IMG/VR virus record: IMGVR_UViG_3300025808_000190
Span: 1 to 29,706 of that record
Strand: one strand, 5' to 3'
Length of the DNA stretch: 29,706 nucleotides
Origin: a virus
Lineage: Duplodnaviria; Caudoviricetes
Position numbers and translations under genes: made by a program. Position 1 is the stretch's first letter. Each line of letters opens with the position of its first letter. This document shows positions 22,616-29,706 of the stretch, piece after piece. Below the pieces are notes generated by a model, which was given only the letters and a program-made list of their open reading frames with translations, was not told the origin of the DNA and searched no databases.

Positions 22616-24484
22616 ATGAAACAGCAAAACACACTGAAGCCGGGCACCAAAGTCGAGCGCACCTTTGTGGTGACGCGCGAAGCCGTCGATGCGGACACCC
22701 GCACCGTCAATCTGGCGTTCTCCAGTGAAGAACCATACGACCGCTGGTGGGGGCGCGAGATCCTTGACCACGGCAAGAAATCCGTCAGGCTCGACCGCCT
22801 CAAATCGGGCGGGCCTGTGTTGTGTGACCACGATGCCAGAGACATCGTCGGGGTGATCGAATCCGTCAGCATCGACGGCGACCTGGTAGGTCGTGCAGTT
22901 GTGCGCTTTGGGAAAAGCGAGCGGGCGGAAGAGGTATACCAGGACGTGCTCGACGGCATCCGCCGGAATATCTCCGTCGGCTACGTGATCCATAAAGCGC
23001 AGCTCGTCGAAACCGGCGACGACACCATCGAAACCTACCGCGTCAATGACTGGGAGCCTTACGAGATCAGTCTCGTTTCCATCCCTGCCGACACGACCGT
23101 GGGCGTTGGCCGCGCAGCAGGTGAAGAAAGCCCAGTCATCCCGGCAACCATCGAAACCAAACAAACGAACAAGGAGCAAGTCATGGACAAAGAACAGCAA
23201 GCAGCAGACCTCGCCGCCATTGAAGCGCGCGCGAAAGCAGACGCAGAAAAAGAAACCAACAAGCGCATGAACGAGATCTTCACCATCGGTGAAGACCACG
23301 CAGACATCGGCGGTCTGGAGCTGGCTCGCGCTGCCGTCAAGGATGGCATCACAGTAGCCGAGTTCCAATCCCGCCTGCTGGCAGCCAAGCGCACCAAGGC
23401 ATCCGAAGGCGAGAAGATCAGCTTCGGCCAAGGCGCTCGCGTCAAGGACCGCCTGGAAGACGACCAGAAACGCGGCTTCGTCAACTACGGCGAATTTTGT
23501 GCAGACGTCGTGCGCGCTTCCACTGGCAAGAAAGTCAGCGAGAAGTTCGCCCGCGCTGCGACGATCTTCGCCAACGAAGGCAGCGGCCCTGATGGCGGCT
23601 TTGCCGTTCCGCCCGAGTTCGCCCGTGAGATCGCTAGCTACACCGAGACAGAAGAGTCTTTGTTGGCCGCTTGCGACAACACGCCGATCAGCGGCAACTC
23701 CATGTCCTTCCCCAAGGACGAGACACAGCCGTGGGGCTCCACCGGCATCACCGCCGCATGGGAAGGCGAGGGCAACCAGTCCACACCCAAGAAGCCAGCG
23801 CTGCTCGAATCTCAGCTCAAGCTGCGCAAACTGAAAGTGCTGGTATCCGCCAGCGAAGAGCTGTTGGCTGATGCGCCTGCCATGTCCAGCTACCTGACCC
23901 GCAAGAGCGGCGAGGCAGTGGACTGGAAGACGCAGGACGCCATCATCAACGGCACCGGTGCAGGCATGCCGCTAGGCATCCTGAAGGCAGCCAGCTTGGT
24001 CGTTCAGGCCAAAGAGACCAGCCAGACCGCCGACACCATCGTCGCCGCCAACATCGCCAAGATGTACGGCCGCGTAATGAAGGGTGCGGGCGCAAACCTG
24101 AAGTGGCTGATCAACCCGGATGCGTTCCAGCAGATTGTCACGCTGCAGCTGAACAACAACCCGATCTGGGTACCTGCCAACGAAGGCTTCAAAGGCGCAC
24201 CGGATGGTCTGTTGCTGGGCCGCCCCATCGTGATGACAGACGCTTGCGACACCGTCGGCGATCAGGGCGACATCATCCTGGCGAACATGAACGGCTACCG
24301 CGCCATCACCAAGGCGGGCGGCATCGAGCTGGCAACGTCCATGCACCTGTGGTTCGACCAAGACCTGATGGCGTTCCGCGTGATCTTCCGCATGGATGGC
24401 CAGCCCGCACTGGGAAAAGCCATCACGCCGCCGAACAGCACGGTCACCCGCAGCCACTTCGTGGCACTGGCAGCCCGCGCTTAA
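22616..24484 (+). CDS. Prohead protease - major capsid fusion (HK97 fold)
   Basis: Protease: LAFSSE, LCDH, ISVGY, WEPYEISLVSIPAD; capsid: DGGFAVPPEF, AAWEGE, INGTGAGMPLGI, LLGRPI, FRVIFRMDG. Confidence 0.92.
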   Translation: MKQQNTLKPGTKVERTFVVTREAVDADTRTVNLAFSSEEPYDRWWGREILDHGKKSVRLDRLKSGGPVLCDHDARDIVGVIESVSIDGDLVGRAVVRFGKSERAEEVYQDVLDGIRRNISVGYVIHKAQLVETGDDTIETYRVNDWEPYEISLVSIPADTTVGVGRAAGEESPVIPATIETKQTNKEQVMDKEQQAADLAAIEARAKADAEKETNKRMNEIFTIGEDHADIGGLELARAAVKDGITVAEFQSRLLAAKRTKASEGEKISFGQGARVKDRLEDDQKRGFVNYGEFCADVVRASTGKKVSEKFARAATIFANEGSGPDGGFAVPPEFAREIASYTETEESLLAACDNTPISGNSMSFPKDETQPWGSTGITAAWEGEGNQSTPKKPALLESQLKLRKLKVLVSASEELLADAPAMSSYLTRKSGEAVDWKTQDAIINGTGAGMPLGILKAASLVVQAKETSQTADTIVAANIAKMYGRVMKGAGANLKWLINPDAFQQIVTLQLNNNPIWVPANEGFKGAPDGLLLGRPIVMTDACDTVGDQGDIILANMNGYRAITKAGGIELATSMHLWFDQDLMAFRVIFRMDGQPALGKAITPPNSTVTRSHFVALAARA

Positions 24485-24500
24485 GTGTAGCTAAACCCAC

Positions 24501-24521
24501 GGGCCAGCCAATGGCTGGCCC
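24501..24521. other. Hairpin after the capsid gene
   Basis: GGGCCAGCC-AAT-GGCTGGCCC; no U-tract, so more likely an mRNA stability element. Confidence 0.45.
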
Positions 24522-24540
24522 ATGAAAAAAGGAAAACATC

Positions 24541-25035
24541 ATGAACGGAATCAAACTGATCGACAAAGCCAAGGTTGTGTTTGGCTCGCCCATCATCGGC
24601 GCACTGGCCCTCACCAACGGCGACTGCGACTACGTCAGCCTCAAAGGCTTCCAGCGCTGCTCCATCGTGCTGGCAGTTGATAACGCGACCGCCGTCACCG
24701 GCGGCGACATCACCCTGAAGCAAGCCACCGCAGTGGCTGGCACCGGCGAGAAGGCACTCGGCTTCGATACCGTGTATGCCAACACCAACACCGGCGCGAG
24801 CGACACGCTGGTCGAGACTGCTGTCACTTCCAACACCTTCACCACCGCCGCCACGGCCAACAAGAACCTGTTGTACGTGATCGAAGTGGATGCGGCTGAT
24901 CTGGATGTGGCGAACGGCTTCGACTGCATCCGCGTCGATTCCCTGGCAATGGCGAACGCAGTCGGCGCAGTGACTTACATCCTGCACGACGCACGCTACG
25001 CGGGCGCGCTGGATACCTCGGCCATCACTGACTGA
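24541..25035 (+). CDS. Probable capsid decoration / virion protein
   Basis: AAGGA SD; beta-rich Ala/Thr protein directly after the capsid gene. Confidence 0.6.
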   Translation: MNGIKLIDKAKVVFGSPIIGALALTNGDCDYVSLKGFQRCSIVLAVDNATAVTGGDITLKQATAVAGTGEKALGFDTVYANTNTGASDTLVETAVTSNTFTTAATANKNLLYVIEVDAADLDVANGFDCIRVDSLAMANAVGAVTYILHDARYAGALDTSAITD

Positions 25036-25042
25036 TTGAGCG

Positions 25043-25339
25043 ATGGCTAACGTTGCCTCTGCAATCGAGACCGCTACCGCCGCACAGGCGGTGGCGGCTT
25101 TTTCGAACTGTACGGCGACGCTCGACGGCGTTTTGGTTGATGGAATCTTCGACAACGGCTCTGCCGCCGGGCTCGGCAACATGATGCTCGGCGGCAACCC
25201 CACATTCACTTGCTGTTCGGCAGACGCGCCGAGCAGCAAGCGCAACAAAACATTGGTGGTATCCGGCACGAGCTACACCGTGCGCGAGATCAAACCGGAC
25301 GGAACTGGCATGTCTGTGATTGAACTGGAGGCCGCATGA
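25043..25339 (+). CDS. Head-tail joining protein (gpFII-like)
   Basis: VDGIFD...Y.VREIKPDGTGMSVIEL. Confidence 0.75.
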   Translation: MANVASAIETATAAQAVAAFSNCTATLDGVLVDGIFDNGSAAGLGNMMLGGNPTFTCCSADAPSSKRNKTLVVSGTSYTVREIKPDGTGMSVIELEAA

Positions 25340-25785
25340 CCTCCAAAGCCTATCAGATTGCCGATGCGATCCAGACCCTGTTCGAGGCTCCCGCGCTCAC
25401 CGGCATTGGTTCTGGCGGCGTGGTGGACGATCCTGATTACGCCTTTGAGCTTGCCGACCTGCCGATGGTCGCGGTGTATTTGGGCGATGAGGTTCCGGCA
25501 GACCGTGTGCTGTTGGGTTCGCACGACCACACGCTCACCCTCACCGTGCGCGTGACGGCAAAGAAAGGCGGGGTCGCTGGCAAGTCGGCGCTGTTGTCGT
25601 GCGACCCGATGATGGTGGCAACACACAACCGGCTGATGGCCGACCTGACGCTGGGCGGCATCGTGCTGGACATCCGCAAGGGCGGCACACGCCGCCAGCG
25701 CGATGTGATCGACGTGCCGGTGGCATACACAGAGATCGAATACCAGGTGGACTACCGCACCACCGCAACCTCACTGGAGGGCTGA
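25336..25785 (+). CDS. Tail terminator-like protein
   Basis: LPMVAVY.GDE, LMADLTLGG, Y.V.YRT; position before the tail tube. Confidence 0.7.
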   Translation: MTSKAYQIADAIQTLFEAPALTGIGSGGVVDDPDYAFELADLPMVAVYLGDEVPADRVLLGSHDHTLTLTVRVTAKKGGVAGKSALLSCDPMMVATHNRLMADLTLGGIVLDIRKGGTRRQRDVIDVPVAYTEIEYQVDYRTTATSLEG

Positions 25786-25786
25786 C

Positions 25787-25948
25787 ATGGCCAAGACCGA
25801 GAAACCAACACCAGACACCGCGCCCATCAAGCCAGCGCAGACGCCGCCCGCAGCAGGCGGAAGCTACACGCTGGACGAGCAGACCGGCGCGCACACGCTG
25901 GTAGAGCGCACCGAACACACCAACCGCACGATGAATAAGGAGTCCTGA
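25787..25948 (+). CDS. Small hypothetical protein (53 aa)
   Basis: GGAGG SD; MAKTEKP...AGGSYTLDEQTG...LVERT. Confidence 0.6.
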   Translation: MAKTEKPTPDTAPIKPAQTPPAAGGSYTLDEQTGAHTLVERTEHTNRTMNKES

Positions 25949-25949
25949 T

Positions 25950-26912
25950 ATGGCCCGCAAACAAATCGACAGCGCCATCCTGGCCAAGATTGAATCCAGC
26001 TACGGCATTGACCCAACCCCAACCGGCGTGGCCAATGCCATGCGGGTCTATGGTCAGTCGGTCGAGCCGCTGAACATCAACTACGTGCCGAACGAATACC
26101 TGAAAGGCTACGCGGGCGGACACGCTGAACTGGTTGGCACCATTATGAAGAAGGTCAGCTTCTCGGTGGATTTGGCCGGCTCCGGCGCGGCTGGAACAGC
26201 TCCCGCCTACGGCCCGCTGCTGCGCGCATGCGCATTTGCAGAAGCCATCAGCGCCGGTGCGCGCGTGGAGTACACGCCGGTCTCCGCCGCCGAAGAATCC
26301 GTCGCCATCTATTACTACGACAGCGGCGTGCTGTACAAGCTGCTGGGCGCGCGCGGAGATTTCGAGTTGGATATGACGTCCGGCAACAAACCGGCTCTCA
26401 AGTTCAACTTCATCGGCATCGATGCCGGCGTGGTCGCCACCGGCTCGACACCGGCCACCACGCTCACCGGATTCAAAGACCCGCTGGTTGTCACCAACCC
26501 CAACACCGCCGACGTGTTGCTCGGCTGCACTTATGCCACCGGCGCGCTCTCCAGCGGCACGGCCTATCCCAGCAAAGGCCTCAACTTCAAGACCGGCAAC
26601 AACCCGCAGCACGACACATTATTGGGCGGCGAGACCATCACCATCGACCGCAAGGGCGTCACCGGAAGCATCGAGCTTGACCTGTCCGCCGCACAGGAAG
26701 TCACCTTCGAGGGCTACGTGCGTGGTGCCATCCTGAACAGCCTTGGCCTGGTTCACGGCACCACCGACGGCTACAAGGTGTTGGTCTATGCACCGAGTTG
26801 CCAGCTCAAGAACCCCAAGCCAACCTACACCAACGGCCAGCGCCGCACCACCTACGACGTGTCAGCGCTGCCCAGCGCAGGCAACGATGACCTGCGCATC
26901 GTTGTTCTGTAA
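25950..26912 (+). CDS. Major tail tube protein
   Basis: ILAKIESSYGIDP, LAGSGAAGTAPAYGPLLRAC; followed by G/GT and tape measure. Confidence 0.85.
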   Translation: MARKQIDSAILAKIESSYGIDPTPTGVANAMRVYGQSVEPLNINYVPNEYLKGYAGGHAELVGTIMKKVSFSVDLAGSGAAGTAPAYGPLLRACAFAEAISAGARVEYTPVSAAEESVAIYYYDSGVLYKLLGARGDFELDMTSGNKPALKFNFIGIDAGVVATGSTPATTLTGFKDPLVVTNPNTADVLLGCTYATGALSSGTAYPSKGLNFKTGNNPQHDTLLGGETITIDRKGVTGSIELDLSAAQEVTFEGYVRGAILNSLGLVHGTTDGYKVLVYAPSCQLKNPKPTYTNGQRRTTYDVSALPSAGNDDLRIVVL

Positions 26913-26921
26913 GGGGCGGGC

Positions 26922-27302
26922 ATGATCAGGCTCATTCCCGATCCGGTGTTCGAAGTCGATGTTGAGCTGCGCGTCCCGCTCGGTACCGATACCGAACGGG
27001 TCAAGGTTCGCTTCCGCTCCCTCGGAAGCGACGACTTCATCTCGCTGGTTGTCGCGCTCGGCTATCAGCGCATCGGATTCTGGGCCGGGCTGCGACACCG
27101 TCTGCGCACCGCCTGGCGATTCAAGCGCCTGCGCCCGAACGTCGCCGACGTGCTGTCCATGCTGATCGAATCATGGGATGGATTCCGCGAACCCTACAGC
27201 CGCAGCGCGCTGGACGAGCTGATAAAGGTGTCGGCGAATTCGCCGGTGCTGTTGCTCAACGCCTACGTCACCGGCCGCATCGAGGCACACCGAAAAAACT
27301 GA
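26922..27302 (+). CDS. Tail assembly chaperone (gpG-like)
   Basis: Position; ends ...HRKN over the A AAA AAC slippery site. Confidence 0.75.
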   Translation: MIRLIPDPVFEVDVELRVPLGTDTERVKVRFRSLGSDDFISLVVALGYQRIGFWAGLRHRLRTAWRFKRLRPNVADVLSMLIESWDGFREPYSRSALDELIKVSANSPVLLLNAYVTGRIEAHRKN

Positions 27303-27652
27303 TCAGCGTCGCCCGCGCGCTATACGGGGGCGGCGCAGACCATGAAGACAAGACGGACGAAGCGCTGGCCCTTATGGGGCTCAAGCGCGAACAGGAAGGC
27401 GTGGCTGCCGTGAAGGCTGAAGCGCCCGGATGCTACCCGGAGAACTGGCCGGCATTTCGCCTTTTTGCCGCGCTCTCCACGCAATGGCGGCTGGCACCGG
27501 GCGGCGAGCCGATCGGGTTGCGATACGAAGCCATGCCGCCGCTGCTCGACCTGATGCAGTTCGACCGCATCGACCGCGCAGACCTGCTGCCACGGCTGCA
27601 ATTGATGGAAAAAGAAGCGCTCCAACTCTTTGGTGAAAAGCATGGCCAATAA
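27299..27652 (+). CDS. gpT-like frameshift extension (DUF1799-like)
   Basis: -1 frame without its own start; PENWPAFRLF..LSTQWR....IGLRYEA...LQLMEKEAL. Confidence 0.75.
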   Translation: MISVARALYGGGADHEDKTDEALALMGLKREQEGVAAVKAEAPGCYPENWPAFRLFAALSTQWRLAPGGEPIGLRYEAMPPLLDLMQFDRIDRADLLPRLQLMEKEALQLFGEKHGQ

Positions 27653-29417
27653 CGAAACCAAGATACGCATCACCGCAGAAACCGCGCAAGCGGAATCTGC
27701 GCTTGGCTCGCTGGGCGGCAAGGTTGGCGGGTTGGCCGACAGCATAACCGGCCAACTGGCCGGCGCATTATCCATCGGCGCATTCGCTGTCTTTATAAAA
27801 AACTCAATCGATGCGGCGGATGAACTCGGCAAGATGGCCGAGCGCACCGGAACCAGTGTCGAGATGTTGTCCGGCTTGAAGTTCGCTGCAGATCAAAACG
27901 CCACCTCGCTCGAATCAGTCGCCAAGGCCAGCCAGAAACTCTCCGCTGTGATGGTCGGCAACCCCGATCTTTTCAAAGAGATGGGAATCACAGCCAAAGA
28001 CGGCGCCGGAGCTATGGTCGAGCTGGCAGACGTGTTCGCCGGAATGCCGGATGGCGTGGAAAAATCCGCGCTGGCAACAAAGCTATTTGGCGACCGCATT
28101 GGCTCCGAGATGATCCCGTTCCTCAATCAGGGGACGGTCGCCTTGAGCGGCTACATCGCAGAAGGCCAGCGCCTATACCCTGTCACCACCCAGATGGCGC
28201 AGGAATCCGCGCGCCTGAATGACCAGCTAGACAAGCTGTTGCTCCAATTCAAAGGCATCGGAATAGCCATTGCGGCAGAGGTTGTGCCGAAGTTTAACGC
28301 TTTCATTGGGGGCATCAAGCTTATTGCCGTCGACTTTGCGCAGGTTATGCAGAAGATCGGCCTCGCGATCGAGTATGCCACCAGCCCGAGCAGATGGGGT
28401 AATGGCGGAACCGCAGAGTTCAAAGCGCGGCTCAAGGTACTTTCAGACCTTGCCGAAGAAGAAAAGATCGCAATCGTCCGGTCGATGGAGGGCATGGATG
28501 AGGCGCGGGTCGCGCCGAGTGGCGCCGGGAGTAGCCTGCTCGGTGATCTTGGCGGTGGTGGGAAAACGCCAAAGCCTCCTAAACCATCTAAACCGCCCAA
28601 GGCTGCCAAGGGGGCAGAAACAGGTGCAACACCCGATTTCAATGGCTACGAGAACTCTCTCTACGGCCAAGGCTTTGCCCTGGACGCGGTCGCCAGCGAG
28701 CAGGCGGCCTACGAAGAGCGTCTGGCCGCCGCGCAGAGCTACCACGAAAAAGCACAAACCGACGAAGCCGCGCACGCCGCAATGGTCGAGCAGATCAGGG
28801 CGGATCATGAAGACGCGCTGATCAATCTGGGCATAAAGGGCGCGCTCAGCCGAGAAAAGTTCGGGCAACTCTCCGCCAAATCACAACTCAAGGTTGTTAC
28901 CGGCACCCTGAGTGAGATCATCGGCGCCAGCGCGCAGCATTCCAAAGGCATGTTCAATTTGATGAAGGTCACGCGCTTGGCTGAGGCGGCGGTCACGCTA
29001 CCCTCAACCATAACCAAAGCATATGAATCCGGCGTGATGGCAGGCGGACCGTTCGGCCCGGCTGTTGGCGCAGCATATGCCGCACTGGCGTTCGCCTCTC
29101 AGATGATCCAGATCAACGCGATGCGTTCCGCCAGTTTTGGCGGCGACGCAGGCGGGGCGGCGCCAAGCGGCGGCAGCGTCTCCAGCATCGCCATCCCAGG
29201 GCAGACAGCAAATCCAAACCAGATTGGCAGTGTTGCGCCGCCGTCCGCCAGCCAGCCGGCGCCAGCCACCATCAACATCTACAACACCGGGAATCTGCTG
29301 TCTGCCGACTACGTCGAGGCAAACATCATCCCGCAGATCAAAGATGCCGTGCAGAACCGCGATGTATTACTCATTGATCCGCGCAGCCGCCAGGCGCAAG
29401 TATTGGGGGCGGTATGA
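27642..29417 (+). CDS. Tail tape measure protein
   Basis: Long Ala/Gly-rich helical ORF; DAADELGKMAERTG..VE.LSGL.FAA; follows G/GT. Confidence 0.85.
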   Translation: MANNETKIRITAETAQAESALGSLGGKVGGLADSITGQLAGALSIGAFAVFIKNSIDAADELGKMAERTGTSVEMLSGLKFAADQNATSLESVAKASQKLSAVMVGNPDLFKEMGITAKDGAGAMVELADVFAGMPDGVEKSALATKLFGDRIGSEMIPFLNQGTVALSGYIAEGQRLYPVTTQMAQESARLNDQLDKLLLQFKGIGIAIAAEVVPKFNAFIGGIKLIAVDFAQVMQKIGLAIEYATSPSRWGNGGTAEFKARLKVLSDLAEEEKIAIVRSMEGMDEARVAPSGAGSSLLGDLGGGGKTPKPPKPSKPPKAAKGAETGATPDFNGYENSLYGQGFALDAVASEQAAYEERLAAAQSYHEKAQTDEAAHAAMVEQIRADHEDALINLGIKGALSREKFGQLSAKSQLKVVTGTLSEIIGASAQHSKGMFNLMKVTRLAEAAVTLPSTITKAYESGVMAGGPFGPAVGAAYAALAFASQMIQINAMRSASFGGDAGGAAPSGGSVSSIAIPGQTANPNQIGSVAPPSASQPAPATINIYNTGNLLSADYVEANIIPQIKDAVQNRDVLLIDPRSRQAQVLGAV

Positions 29418-29706
29418 TCGTCGGTCGCATTACTTACATCACCACGCTGGCCAGCACGCCGAAGCAATCGCCGCTGACGGTGGCGGATGTGTTCGCACTG
29501 GGCGATGTTTTCTCCGAAACGCTCACCTCCGGAGAAATGCAGGACATCTATTTGTACTGGGGGTACAAGTCACAAGACCTGTACTACCAAGACCAGCGCA
29601 ATGTCTCACGATCTGCGGCGGGCGTGGTGGACGTCGTGAATTTTGGCAGCACAACCGGGTTCCGGTTCGCGCTAAATAATGTGTCGCATGACCGCACGGC
29701 AGAGGT
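29414..29706 (+). CDS. Tail protein (distal-tail candidate), truncated by window end
   Basis: ATGA-coupled to the tape measure; open frame MIVGRITYITTLASTPKQ...DRTAE to the edge. Confidence 0.6.
   Translation, partial: MIVGRITYITTLASTPKQSPLTVADVFALGDVFSETLTSGEMQDIYLYWGYKSQDLYYQDQRNVSRSAAGVVDVVNFGSTTGFRFALNNVSHDRTAE

Noticed and set aside
13580-25269. Long minus-strand ORFs (e.g. 13580-14725, 17908-19140, 19150-20187, 22466-23431)
   Set aside because: Antisense shadows of GC-rich phage genes with no motifs.

Overview
About 30 kb of a temperate, long-tailed (siphovirus-type) phage of a GC-rich Gram-negative host (probably a proteobacterium). Phage genes lie on both sides of a 48-bp copy of the 3' half of tRNA-His (3122-3169), so this looks like the unintegrated attP form or a tandem-prophage junction. 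Gene order: lysis cassette; small leftward accessory operon; attP inside the 3' end of a tyrosine integrase; xis; early-left genes (frameshifted HNH, large ParB-like protein); PL/OL; HsdR_N-like nuclease plus Zn-ribbon cargo; short cI and cro with three 17-bp operators; truncated Mor-like ORF; tRNA-Met(CAT); CII-like protein; primase-helicase with an iteron origin; ParB-MTase; TerS/TerL; Mor-like activator; TraR/DksA; head genes (portal, protease-capsid fusion); tail genes (tube, G/GT frameshift chaperones, tape measure). Most notable: (1) integration is predicted to replace the integrase's ssrA-like C-terminus (LQRKKKAA); (2) a lysis-cassette protein with an N-terminal TM segment and a trimeric-autotransporter-like beta C-terminus may be a new type of one-component spanin; (3) an atypical initiator-like tRNA; (4) a nuclease co-transcribed with the repressor. 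All calls come from motif recognition by eye; no searches were run.
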